Origin: an uncultured Clostridia bacterium | GTDB lineage: Bacteria > Bacillota > Clostridia > TANB77 > UBA1234 | Length of the DNA stretch: 64,000 nucleotides | NCBI GenBank assembly: GCA_934132775.1 | Contig: CAKPAA010000005.1 | Location: 11,839 to 75,838, forward strand | Reading direction: 5' to 3' | In this document: positions 49,003 to 58,445 of the stretch, piece by piece | How the letters are laid out: every line of letters starts with the position of its first letter | Numbering within the stretch: the first letter of the stretch is position 1 | Translations under genes and position numbers: made by a program | Notes under the pieces: model-generated | What the model was told of the DNA's origin: nothing | What the model saw: the letters and a program-made list of their open reading frames with translations, nothing else | Databases searched by the model: none

Positions 49003-49300
49003 GACGCTACTATACCAAGTAAGCTTAAACTGCTACTTTTTACAATTAAACCACATACTAAATCTACGAAAATATAAATATAATTTCAAGTCGCCAAAAA
49101 GACTAACCAAAACTTAGCCACTTATTCAAGCCCTATACAAAGCTCAAACAAGCAACAAAGTTTCAGTTAGTCTCCTAACTATCCTCAACATAATTTATAA
49201 AATTCAAAGCAAAATAGCAAACACTTGTAACTCTTCCAGCACCAACATTAGCCACACCCAAAGCAACCTCATCAGGAAAGTGCCATCACATTTCTTTTAT

Positions 49301-49360
49301 TTAAAAATTGGCTTGTGTGTGTGTGTGTACAGCCCCAACGGTTTCAAGTGTCTTGTTCAT
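49301..49360 (-). CDS. 19-codon mini-ORF containing the (CA)7 tract
   Basis: MNKTLETVGAVHTHTQANF*. AAAGGAGAGAG RBS lies 6-10 nt upstream and its own promoter about 40 nt upstream. Too short to validate from sequence alone. Confidence 0.3.
   Translation of the reverse strand: MNKTLETVGAVHTHTQANF
49314..49328. repeat. Dinucleotide microsatellite (TG)7T / (CA)7
   Basis: tgtgtgtgtgtgtgt read directly. I noticed no other comparable dinucleotide tract in this window. Confidence 0.95.
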
Positions 49361-49398
49361 TTTATTCTCTCTCCTTTTTCATTTGATTTTATGCTTTT

Positions 49399-49426
49399 AT
49401 TTTACCATATTCAAACACATTTTCAA
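49399..49426 (-). promoter_or_regulatory. Promoter immediately after the giant-gene terminator
   Basis: On the minus strand: TTGAAA (49426-49421), 16 nt, TGgTAAAAT (extended -10, hexamer 49404-49399). Confidence 0.5.
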
Positions 49427-49435
49427 GCACTTTTT

Positions 49436-49506
49436 CTAAAAACAAAAGTAGCCTTTGGGGTAAAACCAACTAATCAATAAATTGGCTTTACCTTTCCCAA
49501 GGCTAC
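49436..49506 (-). terminator. Intrinsic terminator of the giant surface-protein gene
   Basis: Long imperfect hairpin (gtagcctttggggtaaaaccaa ... ttggctttacctttcccaaggctac, 49448-49506). 'ttttgttttt' follows on the minus strand. Confidence 0.6.
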
Positions 49507-49539
49507 TTTAATATAAATTATTTAACTATACTTTCTCAA

Positions 49540-52500
49540 TTAGTGCGTGCCTTCTGTCTCGTAGTCATCATTTGCTCTTAGTGAAACTTCATATATTGCC
49601 ATAGCGGCGCCTTCTTTTATGTTTGGAATTGTAGCTTTATTTCCATTTGGCAAGTTTATTGTATAGCTGTTATACTCTGTGCCCTCTTTCTCCCATCTTG
49701 ACTCTTCATTTGGCTTTGAATAGCTTAAATAATTAGTGCCCTCACTATTAGTAATTATAGTATCGAATGTAACTATTATATATCCATCTTTTAATAGATT
49801 ATTTTCGTTTTTTAACACATCGTTTTTATCTTTATTCTTTCCTAGCAATGCTCTTGTGCTTGCTGGTAAGTAAAACTCACCATACCAATGTCCACTGCTG
49901 TTTCTAACATCTTTTTCGCTTTCTACTAATTCAGATTTTTTTGCATCTACCATAAACGTAGTCGTATTACCCTTGTAGCCATATAAGTTTGCACACTCTA
50001 AAATATTATTTCTTGGCAATTTTGCATCTACTGATTTTAAATCAAGTCCGTTAAATATACTTCCTATCGTGGTTTGTGCTGTATAATTTTTGTCTATATT
50101 ATTTATCTTTCCATACATCAATTCATAATTAAATCTAGTGTTGTTTACGTTTCCATGTGTGTTTGACATTATCATTTTTATGTCTAAATCATTGTCTACA
50201 TTTAGTTTTATATATTTATTGGTTACTGTGTTGTAGAATAATGAAATATCATTTGTTGCATTTCCACCATTTTTAGATACATAATAGAAATTTGGTTTTA
50301 TTATTACTTCATCGCTTGCTGTTCCTTTTGTTTTTAAATCGAAATAAAATCTATAACCCAATTTTAATCCCATATTGTATCCTGAAAAATAATTTTGATT
50401 ATATTGACCTATTGGTAAATATAAATTCTTTTCTGTTTCTTCTTGATTAGCTAGTTTTAATGTTGTTTTTAAATTGCCCATCCAGCCTACGTCGTCAGAA
50501 TCTCTTATTTCTAAGTCATATAATACACCCGCAATATATACTTTAAAATCTTTCTGTAATACATATACATCTTTATTGTTTGATACTTCCTTAGATATAA
50601 AGTCTCCCTCTTCAATATCGGCTTTTACGTTATAATCTGTTGGTGTATTCGCCGCTACTATTCTAACTGAAACGTCTCCATAGTTTTTGTCTTTTACCCA
50701 CGTTGGAATTATGAAATTATATTTTTCTATATTAAGTCCTGTTCTCTTATCAAGTTCTCCTAAATTGAACCATGTATTTGCAACTATTAGTTTTTTATCT
50801 CTTACTGTTGTACCATCGCTTTCAAATTTGATTGCGTATACATCAAATGAGAACTTAACTAATTTCATCTTTGCAAATGTTGCAAGTCTTAGTCCTTTTT
50901 CTTCGTATTTCTCTTCATCATATAGCTTGTTGCCACCATAGTTATATGCCTTATCCCCATAGCCGTTTAGTGGATTTCCGCTTTTATTAATTGCATAGTA
51001 ATGCATTCCACCGTGTGGTATTAAAATTGAAAATACGCTATCTAGTGTTAGTACATTTTCAATTGTTTCATCTATCAATTGATTATCATCTTTGTTTTCG
51101 TTTGTTTTTGGTATTAGCTCTGTGTAATTAACAATTGGTGTGTGTATGCTAATTGAATTCATTTTAATTTGACTTGGTAAATATTCTTTTACTCTGTTTT
51201 CATCTCCACTAATTTCTTCTATAAAGTAGTTTTTAATGCTTTGATGTATAACGTATGTTACTGTTAATTTTGTTGATGGATAAACTTTGTTTTCTGCTTT
51301 TGTGTATGTATATACATTTCTATCATTGAATAACACACTTCCATTTACTAACGGTGCTATTGAATCTTTGTAATAATATCCTGCATCGGCTAATTCAATA
51401 ACATCTGCAAGTCTTGATGCAGACATATACAAGTTAATTCCATCTAAGTATGTAACTCTCTTGCCTTCTGCTGTTACTGTTAAATAATCTCCATTTACAA
51501 CCGAATTTTCTCTTATTATATTATCTATTACCAAATGATTCTTTTCGTAGCTACTAACAATTGCATTCATATTAGGTTTTTCGTAGTCGATACCATCTAA
51601 TAAAATTTCTAGATAATATGTATCTCCATCTTTTATAAGTGTACATTGTTCAGAACTATTTACTGTTAGTTTTCCACCCGGTATATAAGATATGAAAGGT
51701 GTATTTTCTCCATAGTTTGCTTCGATTTTTACTTTGCCATTTTCTTTATAATGCTTTGTATCCATTACTGATTCATTATCTATAACGGCATTATCTAGTA
51801 TAAATAAATTTGCATTTGCTCCACCATAATACTTATAATCTAAATCGTATATCAAAGGTATTGTTGCATATGCTGTTTCTATATTTGAAGTAATTCCACT
51901 CTCGTTGTTATTGTTATTCGCATAGTATTTTTTCTTTAATATTACATTTACATTTTGCTTTTTATTTAAAACAGAAAGTACGTTTTCAATTATATAACTG
52001 TCTGTTACAACATTTGCATACAAGTCCTCATCAGTTGGCATTGCATCGTCAACGTTATATTCTTCATTGCCTTTATCATTTGAACGAATTATTGCAAGCG
52101 GATTATCATATATATCTGGCATCTCTGGTCTTGTAACTTTCTTTCTGTATATAAATATTAGTTCTCTATCATTTCCATTATCTATAACTTTTACATTCTT
52201 TAATCCTTTAATGTCGTTATGAGTTGTATCATCTAAAACATACTTAATAAGTTCATATCCATCTATTTCAGTAACTGGTATTGTAGCTGTGTTCTTTCCA
52301 TTTTCCTTATCTAATATTTTATAAACCTCTGATGGCATTAAAGTGTTTCCCTCTTCATCAATATACGAAACATTAACTATATTTGCGCCTTGATAGTATT
52401 TAAACTCTATATACAAATCTGACCAAACTTTATTCATTATCGTCATAAGCTCTTCTGTGTTTAGTATATACGCATTAGCAAATGATGAAAAGTCAGAAGC

Positions 52501-55020
52501 CATTTCTAATTTATTCTTTGGAACACTACTTGGCACAAAGGTGTTATTCCCAGCGATTACTTTGTATAATGTTTTTGTGCCCTTATTCAAGTCTTTCGTA
52601 TATATCCAAGCTTGTACAAGTGAGAAATCCGAAGCATCATATTTGAAATGTTTAGTTCCGCCACTTGCTAAATTTACATTCATTTCGTTGTATCCATTTT
52701 CTCTTGGCTTAGTAGTATCTAGTGATTTAACAAGCATATTATCGCCAATTAGTTTAATTGTGTAATGTAAATTTTCTCCGTTTAAGTCTGTCATTATTTT
52801 ACCTGTGTTATAATTTATATTTTTGATTTCAACTTCTGGATATAGATAATGAAACACAACTATTTTATCATTTCCATATCCGATATTTTCTTTTCTTACT
52901 ATCGTAGCTCCGTTAATGTCACTCGAAGAATTTATAGCAGTTAAGAATGTTGCGTACCTTTTATCATTTCCTTTTGAGTTCATTATACTTGTTGTATTAA
53001 CATCAAACGTTTGTTTGGCTATTATATTATTATCTGAAATAGAGTCTTTATATATCGTGTAACCAGTCAATATATAGCCAGGCCAGAAGTTTTTATTAAG
53101 TGATGGAAAACTCTTTGGTGCAAAGTCTGACTTGCTTGTATCATAATTTGTAACACTTGGTATCTTTATATCACTTATATTTTTATTTGTATCTATAATT
53201 TTCGTGCCAACAACGTGATTAACTGTTTTTACATATACAGGTTCATAATAAAATACAATACTTATTCCGAAACCACTGTATGAAAACGATGAATTTACAC
53301 TAACCGTCGAATTAGTTGTTACTGTCATTTCAGCCGGATTATTATATATGCTATAATTACCTCCGTATCCATTGCCATACTTAACTAAATATCCTTTATA
53401 TCTGTACCCTGCTATTTGAGTCCATTCCATCTCGGCACTAACGTTACTTGTTACGGTATGTGCAGATGTGCCGGAATAAACTACTTTACTTATTATGCTA
53501 TCAACAGGAGTTGCCATTCTTCCATCTTTATTTAATATAACATTTCCATTTGTGTCTCTATATGCAATACCTATATATGCTTTTATATTACTTGGCTCGT
53601 CACGTCCAACCTTGCTACCACCACCTCTATTAAACAACGTTGAAAATAGCATATTAGTAAAACCACCAGATGAATAATTTAAAAGATTAAATTGTATTCC
53701 ATATGTTAAAACAGGTGACATTAGTATTTCATATTTTCCACTAGAAAGATCTGCAAAATATATAGTAAATTTTCTGTTAGAAGCATTATACATACTACCA
53801 GAAAAGCTTTGTCTTAATGTATAAGTCTCTCCTGCAAGCCACGTACTTTTTATTGTTGAATCTTTGCTAAACCAGTCCATAAGTGGAGAATCAATTGCAC
53901 CTACCGCAAAGTCTCCTAATTGTGATATTACATTTGAAACTTGAGAAACATCTATAAAGTTCAAATTAGAATCTTGTTTTACTTGTTGATGTAAATCTTT
54001 TATGATTTCTTCTTTTGCAGAATCATTATATCCACCTAGTGCTCCAACTTCTGACATCTTATTGGTGATATAGTTAAGTGTATTACTATCTATGTATCCA
54101 ATTTTCTCAGTTATCTTTTCTAGCTCTTTGCCTATTAACTTAGAATAGTGCGCATAATAGTTACCATTGGTATACCTTCTAACTCTTAAAAACATCTCAT
54201 CTATTTTTAGCAATTGTCCACTTTCGTTTATAGGCATAAAATTACAAATTATATCCTCATCATTCGTCATTGTAACTTCTCTCATTGGATGAGGATTGCC
54301 AACCATTGTGTATTCTTCCTTTTTGGGAAGATTAGGCAATTTTGAATTACTTGAATAAGTTAATGTCAAATACTCACCACAAACTACACAAGGTGCAACA
54401 TTACCGGCTGCTCTTATAGTATCAATATTAAAATAATGTCTGCCTTGTGTTGCATCGTCTTTTTTGCTGTGTACATACGAACAAGATGAACACGTGTGCG
54501 CAGATGTGCTGCCACCAGACCAGTTATGCGTTTCAACACCTGTGTATGTTCCACAGGCATTACAAACCATTTTGTGATATTTGTCTAAATCTTCTTTTGA
54601 TGAATATCTAGTACCCAAAACAACATCACCAGCATTAAGCATTCTAGGCGAACTGTTGTGACCTTGCAAAGTCTCATAACCGCAACTGCATCTTGCTTTG
54701 TGCTGAGTATCACTATATCTAGAATATGAATTAAAGTAGTGTTCACTTACGCCAAGTCTTCTGCCACACCAACAATATGAAACGTGATATGTACTGCTTC
54801 CATAATTAACAACTCTACCCTCTGAATGTCTTTCTCTGCCATCACATTTGCCACACTTTGAGCAATAAGAGTAGTGATAAGTCGCAGGCGAACCGGTGCT
54901 ATATACTCTATGTGTACATTTCTTTTTGGTAGTCGTTGTTTTGGCTGCATAAACCTGCAAACCTCCAAGTGAAAGAATAAGTATTAAAATAGTAATTACA
55001 TAACAAACTTTCTTAGACAT
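49540..55020 (-). CDS. Giant secreted surface protein (1826 aa): N-terminal His/Cys knuckle repeats + MucBP-like repeats + large uncharacterised C-terminal region
   Basis: Signal peptide (VCYVITILILILSLGGLQVYA|A). Residues 35-214 hold repeated H-x3-C-x1-2-C-G-x6-8-H units. MucBP-like modules are present (for example 'VNVSYIDEEGNTLMPSEVYKILDKENGKNTATIPVTEIDGYELIKYVLDD...ELIFIYRK'). No LPXTG motif and no C-terminal TM helix. Confidence 0.75.
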   Translation of the reverse strand: MSKKVCYVITILILILSLGGLQVYAAKTTTTKKKCTHRVYSTGSPATYHYSYCSKCGKCDGRERHSEGRVVNYGSSTYHVSYCWCGRRLGVSEHYFNSYSRYSDTQHKARCSCGYETLQGHNSSPRMLNAGDVVLGTRYSSKEDLDKYHKMVCNACGTYTGVETHNWSGGSTSAHTCSSCSYVHSKKDDATQGRHYFNIDTIRAAGNVAPCVVCGEYLTLTYSSNSKLPNLPKKEEYTMVGNPHPMREVTMTNDEDIICNFMPINESGQLLKIDEMFLRVRRYTNGNYYAHYSKLIGKELEKITEKIGYIDSNTLNYITNKMSEVGALGGYNDSAKEEIIKDLHQQVKQDSNLNFIDVSQVSNVISQLGDFAVGAIDSPLMDWFSKDSTIKSTWLAGETYTLRQSFSGSMYNASNRKFTIYFADLSSGKYEILMSPVLTYGIQFNLLNYSSGGFTNMLFSTLFNRGGGSKVGRDEPSNIKAYIGIAYRDTNGNVILNKDGRMATPVDSIISKVVYSGTSAHTVTSNVSAEMEWTQIAGYRYKGYLVKYGNGYGGNYSIYNNPAEMTVTTNSTVSVNSSFSYSGFGISIVFYYEPVYVKTVNHVVGTKIIDTNKNISDIKIPSVTNYDTSKSDFAPKSFPSLNKNFWPGYILTGYTIYKDSISDNNIIAKQTFDVNTTSIMNSKGNDKRYATFLTAINSSSDINGATIVRKENIGYGNDKIVVFHYLYPEVEIKNINYNTGKIMTDLNGENLHYTIKLIGDNMLVKSLDTTKPRENGYNEMNVNLASGGTKHFKYDASDFSLVQAWIYTKDLNKGTKTLYKVIAGNNTFVPSSVPKNKLEMASDFSSFANAYILNTEELMTIMNKVWSDLYIEFKYYQGANIVNVSYIDEEGNTLMPSEVYKILDKENGKNTATIPVTEIDGYELIKYVLDDTTHNDIKGLKNVKVIDNGNDRELIFIYRKKVTRPEMPDIYDNPLAIIRSNDKGNEEYNVDDAMPTDEDLYANVVTDSYIIENVLSVLNKKQNVNVILKKKYYANNNNNESGITSNIETAYATIPLIYDLDYKYYGGANANLFILDNAVIDNESVMDTKHYKENGKVKIEANYGENTPFISYIPGGKLTVNSSEQCTLIKDGDTYYLEILLDGIDYEKPNMNAIVSSYEKNHLVIDNIIRENSVVNGDYLTVTAEGKRVTYLDGINLYMSASRLADVIELADAGYYYKDSIAPLVNGSVLFNDRNVYTYTKAENKVYPSTKLTVTYVIHQSIKNYFIEEISGDENRVKEYLPSQIKMNSISIHTPIVNYTELIPKTNENKDDNQLIDETIENVLTLDSVFSILIPHGGMHYYAINKSGNPLNGYGDKAYNYGGNKLYDEEKYEEKGLRLATFAKMKLVKFSFDVYAIKFESDGTTVRDKKLIVANTWFNLGELDKRTGLNIEKYNFIIPTWVKDKNYGDVSVRIVAANTPTDYNVKADIEEGDFISKEVSNNKDVYVLQKDFKVYIAGVLYDLEIRDSDDVGWMGNLKTTLKLANQEETEKNLYLPIGQYNQNYFSGYNMGLKLGYRFYFDLKTKGTASDEVIIKPNFYYVSKNGGNATNDISLFYNTVTNKYIKLNVDNDLDIKMIMSNTHGNVNNTRFNYELMYGKINNIDKNYTAQTTIGSIFNGLDLKSVDAKLPRNNILECANLYGYKGNTTTFMVDAKKSELVESEKDVRNSSGHWYGEFYLPASTRALLGKNKDKNDVLKNENNLLKDGYIIVTFDTIITNSEGTNYLSYSKPNEESRWEKEGTEYNSYTINLPNGNKATIPNIKEGAAMAIYEVSLRANDDYETEGTH

Positions 55021-55031
55021 TCAATCACCTC

Positions 55032-55625
55032 CTATTTGCTAAAACGATAAATCATTGTTGCAGCCTCTGCTCTTGTCATATTGTTATATGGCTTAAATGT
55101 ATTATCTGAATAACCTGTTATAAGCTTCTTGCTACAACTATGTTTTAAATAAAGCAAATCTTCATTGCTTAGTGAAATTACATCTTTAAATTTAACTTTA
55201 TCGTTAGTTGCCAAACTGTTTCCTTTCATTAAAATATCCGCTCTTGAAATAATTCTTACCATCTCAATCCTTGTAATCGGCTTATCTATATTAGACATAT
55301 TTATACTGCCAGACGTCACAACACCATATCTTTCAGCAATCCATACATATGGACCTGCCCAGTGATTTAAATTCGATTCGGCATCGTTTATGTCTATCCA
55401 GTCTGGGAGTGCAGCCATAACAACAAGTTTAATAAACTCCGCATTTGTTATAGTTCCACTAGGCTTAAACGTCCTATCATTATAACCGTTGATAACATTC
55501 TTACTCGTCAAATACATAATGTACTCATAAGCCCAGTGATTTGAAGACAAATCCTTAAAAGACACCGCATAAACTGTACTAAACATCATCACGGCAATTA
55601 CTAAAATAGAAATCATACGTTTCAT
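55032..55625 (-). CDS. SLH (S-layer homology) domain protein
   Basis: Signal peptide plus three SLH-like units ('FKDLSSNHWAYEYIMYLTSKNVINGYNDRTFKPSGTITNAEFIKLV', '...HWAGPYVWIAERYGV...ITRIEMVRIISR', 'FKDV...LITGYSDNTFKPYNNMTRAEAATMIYR'). It ends 11 nt before the giant gene. Confidence 0.8.
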   Translation of the reverse strand: MKRMISILVIAVMMFSTVYAVSFKDLSSNHWAYEYIMYLTSKNVINGYNDRTFKPSGTITNAEFIKLVVMAALPDWIDINDAESNLNHWAGPYVWIAERYGVVTSGSINMSNIDKPITRIEMVRIISRADILMKGNSLATNDKVKFKDVISLSNEDLLYLKHSCSKKLITGYSDNTFKPYNNMTRAEAATMIYRFSK

Positions 55626-55797
55626 AATATCACCACCATATTAACTATTAAGGTAAGTTTAACATCAAAAAAAGCAAGTTACCATAACTGAATATTATTT
55701 GTAACCTATTTGAAAACTTAACTTAACAATTCTGTAATATTTAATTACTTTTGCATATTTAAACTTTTTGTACATATTTATGTATCGGGTGATATGT

Positions 55798-56259
55798 ATG
55801 AAAATATATAATGTAAGTTCTAAAAAAATAGTTTTTATAGTTATCTTGGTGGCAGTTTTAATTGCCTTATTCCTAGTAGCACTTAAACTAATTGCAATTT
55901 CCGATGTATTAGAAATGACAACCGAAAATTACACAACAATACTAAAAGAATGTCATCAAGATCCGTATAAATACATAAATCAACGAATAAAAACAACCGG
56001 ATACATATTTAGAAATAACGATTTTTCCGAAGAACAATTTGTAATAGCACGAGATATGCTTGTAAATAAAAATGAATCGCGAATTGTGGGATTTCTATGT
56101 GAATACGACGATATAGACAATTTTGAAAATAATGTTTGGGTTTCCGCAGAAGGAATACTTACCATTGGCGATTATTACGGTGCAATGCCAATAATAAAGA
56201 TAAGAAAAATAGAAAAAATAACAACTCCGAACGAAACGTTTGTGAACCCACCTACTTAG
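55798..56259 (+). CDS. Membrane-anchored DUF1980/TIGR03943-like protein (orphan, no partner permease)
   Basis: One TM helix, then 'IKTTGYIFRNNDF..EQFVIARDML....VGFLCEYDDIDNFENNVWVSAEGIL......MPIIKIRKIEKITTPNETFVNP'. This follows the YcgQ-family C-domain pattern but lacks the usual CC motif. The start is probably MKIYNV (55798). Confidence 0.4.
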   Translation: MKIYNVSSKKIVFIVILVAVLIALFLVALKLIAISDVLEMTTENYTTILKECHQDPYKYINQRIKTTGYIFRNNDFSEEQFVIARDMLVNKNESRIVGFLCEYDDIDNFENNVWVSAEGILTIGDYYGAMPIIKIRKIEKITTPNETFVNPPT

Positions 56260-56454
56260 GCGAAAATCTCTCATAAATTAAAGTTTTTTACGATGTGAAA
56301 GTATCTTATTAGCTTGTTACGTGATTGCCTTTCAACCCTCGAAAGTTTTTAACTGAAAGAAAGGAAATCGCTCGCATAAATTAAAGTTTTATGTAATATG
56401 AAAGTAATGAATCTACCAATCTTTTATGTATAGTTATTTCCTATTGTATAAAAA

Positions 56455-56532
56455 ATAAAAAAACAGAAAATCTTGAAGTGAAACCTCATGATTAAACCTT
56501 TTGTTTCACTTCATTTTGATTTTCTGCTTTTT
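56455..56532. terminator. Bidirectional composite terminator between the DUF1980-like and ytvI-like genes
   Basis: Outer stem cagaaaatc (56464-56472) with gattttctg (56518-56526). Inner stem tgaagtgaaac with gtttcacttca. It is flanked by an A-run and a T-run. Confidence 0.7.
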
Positions 56533-56543
56533 AAATGTATTAT

Positions 56544-57653
56544 TTATTTTTCATCGAACAAATCTTTAAATAGTCCTCGTTCAAGCTGTTTTGAAAAAAT
56601 ACATCTTAAAGCCATTAGGGCAATTGGTCCTACTATTAGTCCAAACACACCGCCAATAAGTTTATAACCTGCATACATAGCCATTAACGTAATAATAGGA
56701 TGTATTCCAAATTGATTGCTTACAAGTTTTGGCTCTATAAACTGTCTTACTATAAAGATTATTATATAAGTTATAAATATTGCAAGAGCAAAACCGTAAT
56801 TTCCTTCAATTAGCATCCAAATTGCCCAAGGATTTAAAACTGTTCCAACGCCCAAAACAGGCAATATATCAACAAGCGCAATTATTATTGCAAGAGCAAA
56901 TGGATAAGGCACATTAAAACCTATTGCATTAAAAATATTAAAAGCCAAGAAAAGCTCTGCAAAAGTTATAACTATTATCTTTAAATAAACCTTTATATAT
57001 CCACCAATAGAAGAGAACACTTCTTTTAGCACCTTGCTAGCATTCTTTATCCAAGACTTTGGGAATTGATGTTCCAACATATCTATAATATATATCCTAT
57101 CTTTTGTAAGAAACACAAGTGCAAGAATTGTAATGATTATATTTATTGCAACCGTAGGAATTGAAAGAAGCACTTTCAAAGACTGTGAAGCTATTTCTCC
57201 AACGTAAGTTCCTATATTTCCAATAAAATCTATCACAGACTTTTCAATCGCATTTATAACTTGTGGTGAAATATCCGCCGCATAATCGGTCGTAATCTTG
57301 TCTGTAAGTACACTTACAAATTCAGTAGCCTTCGTAATTGCAGGAGCTATATTGCTACTTAACTTCAATAATTCTGATATAAGTTCTGTTATTCCGCCAA
57401 TCAGTGCTGCACCTAATATTACAATTGTAAGTGTTATTATTATAAAGCTACTTACCCTTCTACTCATTTTTAGCTTGTTCATACAAAATTTAATCACCGG
57501 TTCTATTGCAATAGCTATTATAGCAGCAATTAAAAACGGCATAAAGAAAAATGCAAATTTACAAACTAAAAACAAAATTAACAACGTACCTAAAAATATT
57601 CCAACTCTTTCAATTACTCTTACTTTCTTACTTTTTACACTATTATTGTCCAT
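56544..57653 (-). CDS. AI-2E family transporter (PerM/YtvI-like)
   Basis: 369 aa with about 8 TM helices. The Pro/Gly-rich C-terminal half ('DILPVLGVGTVLNPWAIW', 'PIITLMAMYAGYKLIGGVFGLIVGP') is typical of UPF0118. Confidence 0.75.
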   Translation of the reverse strand: MDNNSVKSKKVRVIERVGIFLGTLLILFLVCKFAFFFMPFLIAAIIAIAIEPVIKFCMNKLKMSRRVSSFIIITLTIVILGAALIGGITELISELLKLSSNIAPAITKATEFVSVLTDKITTDYAADISPQVINAIEKSVIDFIGNIGTYVGEIASQSLKVLLSIPTVAINIIITILALVFLTKDRIYIIDMLEHQFPKSWIKNASKVLKEVFSSIGGYIKVYLKIIVITFAELFLAFNIFNAIGFNVPYPFALAIIIALVDILPVLGVGTVLNPWAIWMLIEGNYGFALAIFITYIIIFIVRQFIEPKLVSNQFGIHPIITLMAMYAGYKLIGGVFGLIVGPIALMALRCIFSKQLERGLFKDLFDEK

Positions 57654-57742
57654 TTAAGCACCTCTATCTATAAATTTTCTACTCCTATTCTTGCATATAT
57701 TAGTGTCAAAATCAAGAAAAATATCTGTATATTACATTTATT

Positions 57743-58177
57743 TTATATATTTTCGGGTTCAGCAGGTTGAGAGATTTCAGTAAGCGCCTCACTCACTTCC
57801 ATATTAAACTTATTACTTGCAGCAATATCTCCAATAGAAATCATTCCAACAAGTTGCTCATTCTCAATAACAGGTAATCTTCTAATTTGTTGTTTTCTCA
57901 TTAAATCAAGAGCAAAATCAACTTCAACATCTGGCTTAACGCTATAAACCTTATCAGACATAATATTACTTGCAAAAGTTCTGCAAGGGTCAAACTTTTC
58001 TTTTGCCATATTAAGCACAATATCCCTATCTGTAATCATTCCAAGCACCTGCGTACCGTGTGCAACAACAGGCACAGCACCAATATTATGGTGTCTCATC
58101 ATTTTAGCTACATCAAAAACAGTATCATTCGTATCTGCTAAGACTAAGTCTTTTGACATCAAATCTCTTACTAACAT
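57743..58177 (-). CDS. CBS-domain pair protein
   Basis: Two CBS units ('MRHHNIGAVPVV...GMITDRDIV' and 'MRKQQIRRLPVIENEQLVGMISIGDI'). Confidence 0.85.
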   Translation of the reverse strand: MLVRDLMSKDLVLADTNDTVFDVAKMMRHHNIGAVPVVAHGTQVLGMITDRDIVLNMAKEKFDPCRTFASNIMSDKVYSVKPDVEVDFALDLMRKQQIRRLPVIENEQLVGMISIGDIAASNKFNMEVSEALTEISQPAEPENI

Positions 58178-58286
58178 ATAAAAATCCTCCTTTTTAGTGA
58201 TATTTTACCCAAAAGGAGTTAAATTATTACAACATAACAAAATAATTACATTAACTCAATGCCAAAGCAATATAAAGTTTATCAAA

Positions 58287-58437
58287 TTACATTTTATTAT
58301 ATATTTGTCTAAGTATCTCTTTAACATCAGTAATACTAATCCTATATTTATTATCTAAAACATATTTGCTTTGCATTTTTCGTATTTAATGTATCTATTA
58401 TTTCTTTAAATAACTCTTTATTTAAATGTAAATTCAT
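58287..58437 (-). pseudogene. Truncated, frameshifted AbiEii/DUF1814-type nucleotidyltransferase toxin remnant
   Basis: ATG 58437 lies 8 nt after the AbiEi-like stop, with GGAG inside the upstream gene end. It reads MNLHLNKELFKEIIDTLNTKNAKQICFR*, and the +1 frame continues YVLDNKYRISITDVKEILRQIYNKM*. This resembles the N-terminus of AbiEii toxins (MxLHxNKxLF.......IEKDYW...), but only ~50 of the expected ~250+ aa remain. Confidence 0.45.
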
Positions 58438-58445
58438 AATTTCTC

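Noticed and set aside
49301-49360. Phase-variable fusion of the (CA)7 mini-ORF to a longer protein
   Set aside because: I translated all three frames downstream of the tract. Each terminates within about 5-15 codons, so changes in repeat number cannot open a long ORF. Any SSR effect would have to be regulatory.
49280-49480. 66-aa plus-strand ORF in the leader region
   Set aside because: It spans the microsatellite, the minus-strand promoter and part of the terminator. It has no RBS and its composition is implausible for a protein.
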